64,000 bases of DNA from Octopus vulgaris (GCA_951406725.2 OX597818.1:80414001-80478000), one strand, 5' to 3'; positions 14,112-27,873 are shown, counted from the first letter of the stretch. Notes: generated by a model not told the origin, from the letters alone. Numbers and translations are program-made.

Positions 14112-14516
14112 GGAATGGGTTTGTGGTAAGTAGCTTGCTTACGAACCGCATGGTTCCGGGTTCAGTCCCACTGCGTGCCATCTTGGGCAAGTGTCTTCTA
14201 CTATAGCCTCGGGCCGACCAAAGCCTTGTGAGTAGATTTGGTAGACGGAAACTGAAAAGAAACCCGTCGTATATATGCATATATATGTATGTGTGTGTAT
14301 ATGTTTGTGTGTCTGTGTTTGTCCCCCCAATATTGCTTGAAAACCAATGCTGATGTGTTTATGTCCCCGAAACTTAGCGGTTCAGCAAAAGAGACCGATA
14401 GAATAAGTACTAGGCTTACAAAGAATAAGTCCTGGGGTCGATTTGCTCGACTAAAGGCGGTGCTCCAGCATGGCCACAGTCAAATGACTGAAACAAGTAA
14501 AAGAGAAAAAAGAGAG
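14112..14516 (+). mobile_element. SINE family A, near full length
   Basis: Close match to the other family A copies. Confidence 0.88.
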
Positions 14517-14553
14517 TATTCCATTCAAGCGTGATGATGTATGTCTGAATACA

Positions 14554-14585
<32 letters not shown>

Positions 14586-14589
14586 CAGG

Positions 14590-14930
14590 ATAAAGGGTAT
14601 AAAAGACCCCCTTCGATCATGAATGGCCATGGGATTGCACCTAGAATGTTCCTCTCCGAGGCACAAGTCCGGGCAAAGTTGTTTATGGAAGACCAGCAGT
14701 CGCCCATGCATACCAGCCTCCCCTCTCTACGCCACCAATGTTTTCCAAGGTAAAAATAAAGGCCGATATAGCTTGAAACCAGTGACGTCGCAACTCATTT
14801 TTACAGCTGAGTGAACTGTAGCAACGTGAAATAAAGTGTCTTGCTCAAGAACACGACATACAGCCCGGTCCGGGAATCGAACTCCTTACCTCATGATTGT
14901 GAGCCCGACGCTCTAATCGCTGGGCCATTG
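14590..14930 (-). mobile_element. tRNA-derived SINE (family D-like head)
   Basis: Minus strand tggcccagcgattagag..gagttcgattcccgg..cttgagcaagacactttatttcacgttgct. The central part is shared with 27874-28192. Confidence 0.75.
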
Positions 14931-15449
14931 TTCTCAAATTTAAGTCTTGTGCAAATCTTCTATTTTACCGATAACAGGCTTTCATTTCCATTTTCATGAT
15001 AGTTTTAATTGCTGATGAGGCTAATATTAAAAAGACATATGCACATATACCTAACGTTTGCCAGGTATGTGTGCAGTTATACCAGTAGTAAAATGCTTTC
15101 TCTCATAACCTTAAATAAAGATCAGTAAACTTATATCACTGACCCTTATCATGGAAACGTTGATAATTCATCGACCCTTGTCGAGTATAATTTCTATAAT
15201 AAAATTAAATGCTTAAATATTTCCTTCGTTCTTTTGTGTCATTAACGCTTTTTAATAAGAAATATTAAAAAAAAAACTTCATGAAAATACTTAACGAAAT
15301 TGATAAAGACAATAAAAATTCAGTCATAGATGGATATAGTCGGCATATTTAATGTGAAGTATTGGAAAAATATGAGTAAAAATGCATTGATATTAATGAA
15401 TTTTAGCTTTAAATTACGATGCTCTTCTGGATTGGGTTCTCAAATATTT

Positions 15450-16436
15450 GATTTCTCGATATAACACAAATGTAAGCTCTTTAATAGAAACACGATTAAG
15501 TTCAGCTATTCTTGCTGTGAGAATTACACATGTTCCAACTATAATCTTCAGTAATAATAAAGATAATTTTTCCACTTAAAACAGAATCACTTCTCGTAAA
15601 AAGGAGATAAGCGTCATGCGGTAAACTAGTACCAGTTACGCACTGGGGTCGATATAATCGACTTAATCCGTTTGTCTGTCCTTGTTTCTCCCCTCTGTGT
15701 TTAGCCCCCTGTGGGCAATAAAGAAATAAATATAATTGGAGCATTTGAGACTGTGGTAAGATCAAGAATAATTGACTTCTACGGGAGCATCTACTAAAGG
15801 GCGATAAGCACCTAAAGCATAATTGTTTTAGGTGCTTATCGCCCCTTTGGGTAGGCACATAGATCCCCGCCACCAGGTATTGATATTTATTCCTTTGCCA
15901 ACCCTTGCTTTGGGTGAACGTTCAGTTCTTGGGATTACAGGCAACTTACCAAAAACTTCACTGTTTTTATTTTTATTTTTATTTTTATTTCAACAGGAGA
16001 CTGATTATGTCTGATGAAGGCATTATTGAAGTCAAGGTATATAATATCTGTATTGGAGTTCTCCCAAAGCATTTAAATGACATTAAAGTGGGGCAGAGGC
16101 TGTGTTAAGCAGTCTCAATCACCACGAAAACAGTGAAAGTTGAGATTTAGGAGGTAGATGCTCCCGTAGAAGTCAGTTATTCTTGATCTTACCGCATTCT
16201 CAAATACTTTAATTATATTAAAGTCAGATAAAATTGTAGTTTACCACACGCCACTTATCTGCTCTTTAACGAAACTGGAGAATAATAACTAGAAGTGAAT
16301 CTGTTATAAGCAGAAAAATTATCTATATCATTACTGAACTTTGTGGTTGGAGCATGTGAAGTATCACAGAAAGAATAGATGAACTTAATCATGTTTCTGT
16401 TAAAGAGCTTATATTTATGCTATATCAAAAAATGAA
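15450..16436. mobile_element. Long fold-back element (~240-bp imperfect arms); left arm interrupted by a SINE B fragment at ~15627-15728
   Basis: 15475-15627 is the inverse of 16236-16411, and 15731-15794 is the inverse of 16155-16218. Confidence 0.8.
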
Positions 16437-17186
16437 AAAAAATCATGAAATCTCGTGACAATATGTGAACGAACATTTATAGTAAATATTGCCATAGAAT
16501 ATTAATTACTTGATTCATACGCCTGAAAACATTAGTATGAATCATATTGTGAAACCACTGTTACGAAGTTCTAGTGAGGTGAATTGGCAGAATCGTTAGA
16601 GTGTCGCATAACAAAACTTACTATTGTCCGAGTTCTTTACGCTATAAGTTCAAATCCATTTGTGTGTCTGTGTTAGTCCCCCGCCGTCACTTGACAACCG
16701 ATGCTGGTGTGTTTATGTACCAGTAACTTATCGGTTTGGCGAAAGAGACCGATAGAATAAGTACTAGACTTACAAAGTGTCCTGGAGTCGATTTTTTTTC
16801 AACTAACACTTTTTAAGGGTGTTCTCTAGCATAGCCGCAGTCAAATGACTGAAACGAGTAAAAGAATAAAAAAATGACTAACAAGCGCTTGCTGTACTGT
16901 TCAAAATTTTCCGTACGGCTTTTATAAATAAAGTTCACAGAAGGGTAGTGAGCTGGCAGAATCGTTACTAAGTCAGACAAAATGCTTAGCGACATCTCTT
17001 ATGACAATTTACGTTCTGGGTTCAAATTCCGCCGAGATCGACTCTGCCTTTTATCTTTTCTAGGTCGATAAAATAAGTACTAGTTGAGTATTGGGGTTGG
17101 TGTAATCGACTTACCATACTCCCGAAAAATTCGAAACCAGAATAATATCCACACGCATAGGCATGCAATATATATAATCGTATATA

Positions 17187-17545
17187 AGGCGACGAGCTGG
17201 CAGAAACGTAAGCACGCCGGACGAAATGCTTAGCGGCATTTCGTCTGCCGTTACATTCTGAGTTCAAATTCCGTCGAGGTCGACTTTGCCTTTCATCCTT
17301 TCGGGGTCGATAATTTAAGTACCAGTTACGCACTGGGGACGATGTAATCGACTTAATCCCTTTATTTCTCCTTGTTTGTCCCCTCTATGTTTAGCCTCTT
17401 ATGGGCAATAAAGAAATAAGAAATGTTAGCACGCCGGGCGAAATTCTTAGCGGTATTTCGTCTGTCTTTAGGTTCTGAGTTCAAATCCTATCGAGGTTGA
17501 CTTTGCCTTTCATCCTTTCGGCGTCGATAAATTAAGTACCAGTCC
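17187..17545 (+). mobile_element. SINE family B dimer
   Basis: A full copy ending ...gggcaataaagaaata is followed immediately by a second, head-truncated copy. Confidence 0.85.
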
Positions 17546-17833
17546 CTAGTGTAGAAGAGAATATATACTCGTATGTATATCGTTGCTCTTATGCAAAAGT
17601 GTCGTAACGCCAAAACGTTGCTTTTTCAGAAAACGAAATAATAGTTTCACCATTCCATAGCAAAACCGTTGCACCACACTTTGACAATTTTTGATACCTT
17701 GGCATCTGAAGCAGCTGGAGATATGATAGAACCGGCTATTGCAAGCAAAATTAAATATTGAAAACAAAAAAAAAGAACGCATTTAGCCAAATTTGGATAT
17801 ACGACAGTTTAACATAAAATTAACGATATATAT

Positions 17834-18319
17834 ATCTGTGTATATATACTTTATAATAATTCTGCTTGGTCACTCCGTTACTTAGCCCGTCCATAACGCT
17901 TCCATGTAATTAATTGAAAGGAAGGTGAAGGGAGGAAAGGGGAAAGAAAGGGGTGTGTGAAATGTGTAATTTTTTTTAAAACTAATTTTTTTTCCCGTTA
18001 CTTAGCCCTTCTGCTACGATTTCACGTGATTAGTTCAAGGGAAAAGAAAAAGGAGAAAAAGAGTATAAGGCGAAGAGTGACAGAGAAAGAGGGAGAGTGC
18101 TGTGTATTAATTCTATAAAATTGTGTATAAAGTGTATAAAGTACGTTAAGTAATCATCATATTCCAATTTCCTTCACTTTTCAATGATTAGGAGATGGGT
18201 GGCTATATTTTGATATAGACACAACACAGGCTCCGCTATCAGAATTTTTTAGCAAAGTTTTCAGAAATAACCCAATAAGTTTACCATAAATTCCGTGGAA
18301 TATTCACCGGTTTCGCTAG
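17834..18319 (+). mobile_element. Probable non-autonomous Helitron
   Basis: 3' hairpin ccgtggaatattcaccgg followed by tttcgCTAG|T, with an internal repeat ccgttacttagccc. The 5' end is uncertain. Confidence 0.45.
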
Positions 18320-18589
18320 TATATATAAATATGTGTGGTCTGTGTATGTGTATATATATTTATATTTATATATATATATATATATGTATATATATGTATA
18401 TATGTATGTATGTGTATATTTATGTGTATATATCTGTGTGTATATGTGCATGTACGCGTATATGTATGTGTAAGTATGGGCATCTGCATGTATACATATT
18501 TATTATTTGTGTATGCATGTATGTATATGTGTATATGTATGCATGTGTATATGCATACGTATAAATTTATGTATGCGTATGTGCATTGG

Positions 18590-18674
<85 letters not shown>

Positions 18675-19069
18675 TGTATGTATGTATGTATGTATGCATG
18701 CATGTATGAATGTATATATAGGCAAGCACACAAACAAGAACACATACTCACGTATGTATTTGCATGCATACATGTACTATCCATATCTAATAATACTTAG
18801 ACATTATTTTCCCAGATTATTTTTGGGTTGAAGCATAATTTATTGCCATCACGTGATTAGGAAGTATACTGCAGTAATTTTTCGTCTCATTAGTCTCCCA
18901 TCAGGCGAAATCTGCCTGTCACTTATTTTCTGAATTGGGCCGCAGAAAGATTATGTGACATAAAAGAAGAGAAGATAATTTGAGTAACATCAAAGAAATT
19001 AATTTATATACTGGTGCACAATGAGCTGCACAGCTGTATATATAAGTATAAAAGTATATAACTCATACA

Positions 19070-19105
<36 letters not shown>

Positions 19106-19287
19106 TGTATGTATGTATGTATGTATGTATGTATGTATGTATGTATGTATGTGTGTACGTATACATATATATATATATATATATGTATACACGCATATAT
19201 ATCTATGTGCGTGTGGGGCTATTTGTATGTATGTGTGTATATATATATATGTAAGTATGTATGTAGTTATGTATATATATATATATT

Positions 19288-19319
<32 letters not shown>

Positions 19320-19677
19320 TGTATGTATGTATGTATGTATGTATGTATGTATGCATGTATGTATATGTATATATATATATAAATGTTTCCGAAAGATACG
19401 TATGCAATTATTTCTACCATGGAATATACCGTTGTATATAATTTTGTATATCACGCATATCTAAGTTAGTAATTGGGGGTGATTACAGCCAGACCGAGTA
19501 CGTGTCATTAGAATGCAACAGCTTAACGACTTCTATAAAATGGATTCAGAAATCTGCAAAAAACATCACGATAGTTTGCATATGAATACACATATTTATA
19601 TATACATATATATTATATATATATCATACATAGTTATATATACATAACACACACACATATATATATATATGTATATA

Positions 19678-19741
<64 letters not shown>

Positions 19742-19829
19742 GTACGATGTTTTTGATGTTAGCGTGTCCTTGTTGAATAGAATATACGAAGCAACTTACA
19801 TTCATCATGCTGCTCATTGCTTGGCAAAG

Positions 19830-19917
<88 letters not shown>

Positions 19918-19919
<2 letters not shown>

Positions 19920-20790
19920 CCGAGAAGCGCTACCCGTTCGGGATAAGCTCTATAGGCATGGTTCGAGAAACACGGGGCCGACCTGCCCGAGATGCGGGCA
20001 GAGCGACGAAACCGCTCTGCACGCAATCGTGCAGTGTCCAGCAATTTCCCACCTGTGGGCTTATGTCGAACGACTGCTGTCACGTGTGGGACGTGTCGGT
20101 TTATCAGCCGAGTCAATCGTTAATATCGTCACGCCTCCTTCCTTCAAACGGGAAGGAAGAGCTATTTTTATCATACTTGTGGCTATGGCGAAAGAATGTA
20201 TCTGGTGAACGCGTCTGAAAGGATTAGAGACAAACACTTTCCTCTCTGGTCAATCTCTCATCAATTTCTTCAAGTATCACTTGAAGAAAAAAGTGAGAGT
20301 AGAGAGGCAAGTTTTGTCTAGTGAATGTTTTAAAAAAAGATGGGTGAATGTAGCAAGGATGGCACGTATGAATGACGAAGCCACCTTGACTATGATTCTA
20401 TGAACCGTAAAAATTAATACAGAGAGTTGCTTATTTGAAAAAAAAAAAAAAAAAAGAAATATAACATGTGACTTCATTGACCGAGGTTACCGTGGTCTTT
20501 TCCGTAGGCTTTTCTTTCCACGGGTAAACCTCACCTGTCCTCCCCTTTACACTTCATATTGACATTTCTGTGATAACGATCCCTATTGATCAATTTTTTC
20601 CTCTACCCCTTTTTTTGTCCTCTTTCTTTCCTTTTACGATCCCTTTTGATCGACCCCCCCTTTTTTTATTTTATTTTTATTTTATTTTTTATTTTTTACT
20701 TTTTTTTTATTTTTTAAACCTTCAAAAGAAAAGCTCTACCGTGTAATTTGTTCTATCTGTGTGCAGCCCTGTGTGGCTAATAAAGAAACA
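19918..20790 (+). mobile_element. 3' fragment of L1/Tx1-clade LINE inserted in a (TATC)n tract
   Basis: ALPVRDKL..CPRCGQSDETALHAIVQC..LW (CCHC knuckle) ..AKECIW*..FKKRW, then a 3' UTR ending gccctgtgtggctaataaagaaaca. TATC repeats lie on both sides. Confidence 0.85.
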
Positions 20791-21609
20791 TATCTATCTA
20801 TCTTTCTATCTAACTATCGTTCTATCTATCTATCTTTCTGTCTTCGTGTATCCCATATATGAGTGTGCGTCTGTGTAAAGTGTTTGGCAATGTGGAGATC
20901 ATTCAGCCATAGAAACCAAGCCAAATCACAGCAACAAAAACATTTCTATGAGAGCAGGGGCTCCCAATAAGAAAGGACTAGCATCGTGACAATTAGTGAT
21001 CTTGTTAGCATAGAAAGCGGAAAATGGTGTTCTTATACGCTTGTATGTATGTATATATATATGTATGTATATTCAAAGAACAGCAAAAGCATTTGCTCGT
21101 ATACAAGTATATATAAATAAATATAGACATATACACATACATAGAAATACACTCACATGGCTTTGGTCAGCCCGAGGCTATAGTAGAATACACTTGCCCA
21201 AGGTGCCACGCAGTGGGATTGAACCCGGAACCATGTGGTCCGTAAGCAAGCTACTTACCACACAGCCACTCCTACGCCTATACTTATGCGTACTTGTACA
21301 TATATGTATACTTATGTACATATACATACATACATACATTCTTACATGCGTACACGAGGATATAGGCTTTATATTAGGAAAAATATTAAGCTCAAACTTT
21401 AATAAGGACCTCAACATCAAGTTTTATTTTTGCAGAATACGTTAAATTTGTTTATTAACTTGGAGTGTTATTAACAATGGGACCGATGTTTCACTGTTCA
21501 TTGATATTTTCAGATGTTTGTAGAAACTACGTAATGTACAAATATTTATAAACTAAGGTACACAAGAAGCTTTTGTTACAATTCTCATGAGACATGACTC
21601 TGTTCTTTT

Positions 21610-21659
<50 letters not shown>

Positions 21660-21742
21660 CCCCCAATGTTATTAATTCATTTCTATGCGGTTTCCTAATG
21701 ATGAATATGATGATGATGATGACAATGTTAATAATAATAGTA

Positions 21743-21783
<41 letters not shown>

Positions 21784-21928
21784 GTGTGTGTGTATGTATG
21801 TGTGTGTGTGTGTGTAAGTGAGTGAGTGTGTAGGTGTGTGTTTATGCAGTACTTTGAAAAGCTCCAAGAGTGAAGCATCAGGTACGTAGATCCATTGTTG
21901 GCCCAACCACCGTTATTATATAGATATA

Positions 21929-21963
<35 letters not shown>

Positions 21964-22529
21964 GTATACGTATGTATATATATATATATATATATACACA
22001 CGTATATAAGTGTATTTGTATACAGCTGGGTGAATATATATATATATGCATGTATATATATATGTGTGTGTATATATGTATATATATATACATACACGTC
22101 AAATACATACACACACTGCGAACACATACATACACACATATGTATCGATATATCAGTATACCTATCCAGCTTGTTCATTTACATGCGCGTTTGTAAGTGT
22201 GTGTGTGTATGCGCGCTTATTAATGGCACGTCTCCCAGTTTCCTTAACCAATATAGCCCGGTTGGCATATGTTCCCAGCAGTAAAATCAATACAGTGTTT
22301 AAGCACATTAGCTGTTATATATATATTCATATATATACATACACTCATACATAAATACATACATACATACATACATACATACATACATACATACATACAT
22401 ACATACATACGCACGTGCGTACGTGCATACATATACATATTCATGATTATACATATATATATATACATATATGTATATATGTATATATATATATAAATAT
22501 ATATATGTACATATATATTTTTATGTATA

Positions 22530-22567
<38 letters not shown>

Positions 22568-22906
22568 CATACATACATACATACATACATAACACAAATA
22601 TATATACATACATATATTCGTATGCATATACATATAAAAAAAGAATTATATGTGAATGAGTGTGTGTATGTGTGTGTGTATGTGTGTGTGTGTGTGTTCG
22701 TATTGTGTGTGTGTATTTATATTAGGTGTGGCATATTTCGCTGACAACGTTGTTCTTTAGAATCTTTATTACATATTTTACCTTGGACAAAATCAATATC
22801 CGGGAAGTGCGTCTATGTTTGTCGCTACGTGAGTTTGTATGTGTGTTATGGCGTATATGTACTTTCAGCGCTTGTGATAAATAAATACCCACCCACGCCG
22901 ACACAC

Positions 22907-22937
<31 letters not shown>

Positions 22938-23155
22938 CACACACACGCACACACATTGCACATACACATTCTCTATGCGTCATATATTTTAAACTGAAAA
23001 TGAAAACGTAACTGCTCGCACAAAAGAAGTTTGTATGTATGTATGTACATATACACACACCCAAACATACTTATATGTATACTTTTGCATCTGTAAATGT
23101 TTGTCTATATATATTATGAACGTATGTTTATATGTATATATATATATATATACAT

Positions 23156-23205
<50 letters not shown>

Positions 23206-23243
23206 TACAAATATATATATATATATACAAATATATATTTATG

Positions 23244-23274
<31 letters not shown>

Positions 23275-23419
23275 ATATATATAGGTACACACAGACTATA
23301 CACAGTGTTCTGCCACCAAACTTTATCGGGTACTTTTCTCGTGGTCATGTATGATAAAAAAAACCCTGCATAGTGTGTATTTGTCTGTATGTATATAGTA
23401 TATGTATATACATATATAC

Positions 23420-23454
<35 letters not shown>

Positions 23455-23787
23455 TGTCTGTCTGTCTGTCTGTCTGTATATATGTATGTATGTACGTATG
23501 TATGTGTGTATGAAAAGAAAGAAATGGAAAGACAGACGGAGAGAAAAACAGTGAGCGATTTTGGTATTTATATATTTAGCTCTATCGATCATCCTTTCTA
23601 TCGATGACTTGTATATGGAGATAGAACGAAAAGAAAATGTTAGAGTTAGTTAAAAGCAAGGACGTAGACAGCAAAATACGCACAACTACACTTTCACATA
23701 CGGTTAGAAGCTCTTGCATTGTCGCATAAAGCTAGGGCGAAAACGACCTGTCTTCTGCATGCTTAAAGTGCCGATGTATATATATAT

Positions 23788-24017
23788 ATTTCTTCACTGC
23801 CCACAAGGGGCTAAACATAGAGGGGACAAACAAGGACAGACAAAGGGATTAAGTCGATTACATCGGTCCCAGTGCGTAACTGGTACTTTATTTATCGACC
23901 CCGAAAGGATGAAAGGCAAAGTCGACCTCGGCGGAATTTGAACTCAGAACGTAATGACAGACGAAATACCGCTAAGCATTTCGCCCGGCGTGCTAGCGTT
24001 TCTGCCAGTTCGCCGCC
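23788..24017 (-). mobile_element. SINE family B, full length
   Basis: Complete head-to-tail match to family B. Confidence 0.88.
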
Positions 24018-24215
24018 AATATATATATAGAGAGTCCTCTAATATAGCCTCGTACTGACCAAAACTTGTGAGTAGATTTGATAGACGGAAACTGAAAGAA
24101 GCCTGTCATGTATATATAAATATATATAAATAAATATCAGTCGCCACGACAGATAGTTTGCCACTACACACATTTTTTTTCTCCTTGTTTCTCTCCTTGT
24201 TTTTTTTCTGTGTAC

Positions 24216-24251
24216 CTTTCTGTAGAAGAGCGTAGGCTCGAAACGTAAAAG
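24216..24251 (+). ncRNA. Minimal hammerhead variant in a Penelope-like terminal remnant (~24135-24340)
   Basis: CUUU CUGUAGA A GAGC guag GCUC GAAAC GUA AAAG. Confidence 0.65.
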
Positions 24252-24624
24252 ACTTTTTCTATTCCTGAGCGTTATACTAATACATCTCTTTTGTACACTA
24301 CCTGTCTTTGTCTTTTGTTTTTTTCGTAAACTTTCCCTAAATATGTATATATATATTTATGTGTCTTTGTGTCTGTGTTCCACCCTCCCCCCGCCCAGCC
24401 ATCGCGAGACAACCGCTGCTGGTATGTTTATGTCCCTGAAATTTAGCGGTTCGGCAAAGGACACCGATAGAATAATTACTAGGCTTACAAGGAATAGGTC
24501 CTGGGATCGATTTCTTCGATTAAAGGCGGTGGTCCAGCATGGCCGCAGTCAATTGACTGAAACGAGTAAAAGAGTATACGTATATATATGAATACATACA
24601 TACACACACACATACATACATACA

Positions 24625-24684
<60 letters not shown>

Positions 24685-24688
<4 letters not shown>

Positions 24689-25560
24689 GTTATCTCATAT
24701 GCTTCTTTTATTTTCCAAAATTAAGATAAACAAAGTTTTTTTTAATCTAAAATATACTCTCCTTAATTTTCTACAATGCTCTTCCATCTATCTGGTAGAC
24801 TTTCAAGGCCCCTCTTCCAAAATTCCATTGTCCGTTACAAAAGATACTCCTCCAGTACTGTTCTGACCTCGTCTACAGAATTCATATTTTTTCTGTCCAA
24901 ATGATTTTCAAAACTGCACAATAAATGATAATTAGATACCCTACCCGCCGGCGAATATGGTGGGTGGGGCATCGTTTCATATTCAAACTGCTCCAGCCTT
25001 TAGAATGTCAACCTCGCAATATGTGGTCGAGCATTATCCTGATAGAAGAATATCTTTCGTCTTGAAACAACCAGTGATGGTCGTTTTTCTTCTAGAACTG
25101 ACTTGAATGACTTGTTGAATAACCAAATCCAAACTTCTCTGCTAGTTCCTCGACAGTTACGATGCAATTTTGTTCCACCAGGTTTTGCAGGACGTCCTCG
25201 TCGGGCTCTACAGATATTCCAAGATGAGGCTCATCTTGTAGGCTGTAGTTTCCGGCTCGGAATGTTTGGAACCACCGTTGACACTGGCTTACGCTCATCA
25301 TCCGTTCTCCATATACTGCATTAATATACTTCGCACATCCCGTTGCGCTGTTGCCTTTATTGAACTTATAAAGTAAAATATGCCGAATATGTTCCTTTGT
25401 CACCTCCATTATAAAATAACTTTTAAAATCAAACTGCACTCTTCAAAACTTGCACTAAGAATAAGTTCATGGTAAAGTTACTATCTGCTTTTATAGCAAG
25501 TTGATGCAGGTACTTTATTCCGCCCCCTTCCTACTTTTACTTCATAAACGTTGAAATTTA
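24685..25560 (-). mobile_element. Decayed mariner element of a different subfamily from 160-828
   Basis: ORF 25092-25439 (MEVTKEHIRHILLYKFNKGNSA..INAVYGE..CQRWFQTFRAGNYSLQDEPH..TVEELAEK) plus downstream QDNARPH and HPPYSP motifs. One TIR-like end (ta-ttgggtt) at 24685; internal deletion. Confidence 0.85.
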
Positions 25561-25601
25561 CAAGTTTTTTTCATTCTCTCTCTGCCTATTTTCTCTTATT
25601 C

Positions 25602-25637
25602 CTTTCTGTTGAAGAGCGTAGGCTCGAAACGTAAAAG
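25602..25637 (+). ncRNA. Minimal hammerhead variant, paralogue of 24216-24251 (remnant ~25565-25720)
   Basis: CUUU CUGUUGA A GAGC guag GCUC GAAAC GUA AAAG. Confidence 0.65.
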
Positions 25638-25720
25638 ACTTTTTCATTTTTCCGAACGCCATACTAATACACTTGCTTGTTGTTCGTACATCTGCTTTCG
25701 TCTTTTGTTTTTCTATAAAC

Positions 25721-25829
<109 letters not shown>

Positions 25830-25838
25830 ACACACACA

Positions 25839-25909
<71 letters not shown>

Positions 25910-25910
<1 letters not shown>

Positions 25911-26562
25911 GTAATGTTCGTAACCATTTTAACTTGGTTGTTCCATTCGAACAGACTTTACTGCGATTTCTAACCCCAAAAGGGTATCTCCAGCTGGTTA
26001 AAGATGCAAAACTGCATCCGATATACTGTGAGCAGCGGAGCGACCCCCTACCACCTCTTAGTAACGAGACCAGCAGACCAGCATGGTTTCGGGCTATTTC
26101 TGCCTCTCTTCAGTACTGGACACCTCGTCTGCTAGAGTTGGCAGTAGTTTGCTTCGACAAGCAATATATATATATAAATTCAAGCGGCAGAGAGTCGCTG
26201 ATTTTGCAACAAGCATAAAACGTAGTTTTAAAATCTCTCTAAGAGATGAACGCAGTAGTTGTACTAGCAAGTAATGTTCGTAGTCACTTTATCATGGTTG
26301 TTCCGTTCGGACAGACTTTACTGCGATCCATAACTCCAAGTGGACATCTCCTCTAACTGGTTAACGATGTAAAGCTGCATCAGATAAATTGCGGGTAGAA
26401 ATAGCCCGACACCAAACTGGTTTGCTAGTCTCATCGCTAGGTGATAGGGGTTCGCTCCCCTGCTCACAATACACCAGATGCAACTTTGCATGGTTAAACA
26501 GCTAAAGATGTCTTCTTGGTGTTAAAAAATCGCAGTAAAGTCCGTTCGAACGGAAAAGCCAT
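25910..26562. mobile_element. Fold-back element with ~170-bp inverted arms and an internal third arm copy
   Basis: 25935-26104 is the inverse of 26392-26562, and 26272-26395 is a direct copy of 25913-26030. Confidence 0.75.
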
Positions 26563-26571
26563 GTATATATG

Positions 26572-26836
26572 TTGTGAAGCATATTTGCCAGCTAAATGTG
26601 GCTGATCCATATGGGACGATGCTATTGTAGCCCCAGGAAGGCATCTCCCTCAGCTGTCTAACGACACACTCTCTGTGCCCGATCAATATTTGCGAAGGGA
26701 AATCATCGTTCCCATCTCTGGCCTGACGTCATACACGTCGTTAGCCAGCTGGAGGAGATTTCTTCCTGGGGCTATAAACTACAGTAACACAGTCCCATAT
26801 GGGGCTGCTACATTTAGGTGACAAATATACTTCACG
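26572..26836. mobile_element. MITE/fold-back, ~95-bp imperfect TIRs
   Basis: gtgaagcatatttg..ccatatgggac..tagccccaggaag..cagctgtctaacgac is the inverse of gtcgttagccagctg..cttcctggggcta..gtcccatatgg..caaatatacttcac. Confidence 0.8.
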
Positions 26837-26883
26837 ATGTCGTACTGCTACTGCTTACATCTCGCTCAGAGATTTATTATTGC

Positions 26884-26962
<79 letters not shown>

Positions 26963-26963
<1 letters not shown>

Positions 26964-27340
26964 CGAGCAAAACGTCCAATGGACGGTGCTGAGTTGTCAA
27001 ACATTTAAACCAAATTTTCTCAAAACAACTTGCCCGACCGTCCCATTTTGTGGCATTATTTCAAGCCAGCCGGCTTTTTCTTGCGCAAACTGCACGTGCA
27101 TTTTTCTCGCGTATGCGTAGTATCGATCGCAACAGTTGACGTACTTGCGCGTACAAATGCACGGTCCCACGGCTTTATTGATCGCATTCTCACCTGGAAT
27201 CGATTTTTGTAATTTATTCAAGACTTTTACACGCCCTGATACCGTCGGTATCTACATATCAAATTTGAGCGCAATCGGATGGAGGATGCCCGAGATCTTA
27301 GAAGATACACGCACACAGACAGAACGGATTTTATATAATA
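26963..27340 (-). mobile_element. Non-autonomous Helitron-like element (copy 1 of 3)
   Basis: Reverse complement of the family at 28321 and 57361. 3' hairpin ccgtccattggacg followed by ttttgctcg|t. Confidence 0.75.
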
Positions 27341-27583
27341 TGTGTGTATGTGTGTGTGTATGAATGTATGTATGTATGTATGTATGTATGTATGTATGTA
27401 TGTATGTTTCTATGTATGTATATAAGCAAGGCAGTTGCTTATATACATATAGCGCCATGTCTTTCTATCGCAACTTTTTTGAAAATCAAAGAAATCTGTG
27501 AATTCTTTAAAATCTTTTAAATAAAATGTCTTAACTAATCCCAGTGCATATTCAACATCTTTTATACACACGCGCGCACACAC

Positions 27584-27629
<46 letters not shown>

Positions 27630-27873
27630 GCACGCACACATATATTACGGAGTGGGAGCGACAAGCAGTGATATGTATAAATGCAATGTTATTACCAGTT
27701 CAAATATGCTTGAGGCACGTTCGAACTGGGGAACAAGCTATTCACTGTGTTTTGTCATGGAGAAAATTTCTCGCTGTAAACATAGGGTGTGAATATACCT
27801 AGATCAGTTCACAGCGTAAATTAATAGGTCCAACTTACACTGTGTACGTAGGACCTATTAATATAAATACGGT

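Noticed and set aside
15010-15045. CTGATGAGGC hammerhead-like start
   Set aside because: No GAAA box or helix III follows.
17575-17790. Possible mariner C-terminal remnant on the minus strand
   Set aside because: Only a faint GIK-like motif and one putative TIR, too decayed to call.
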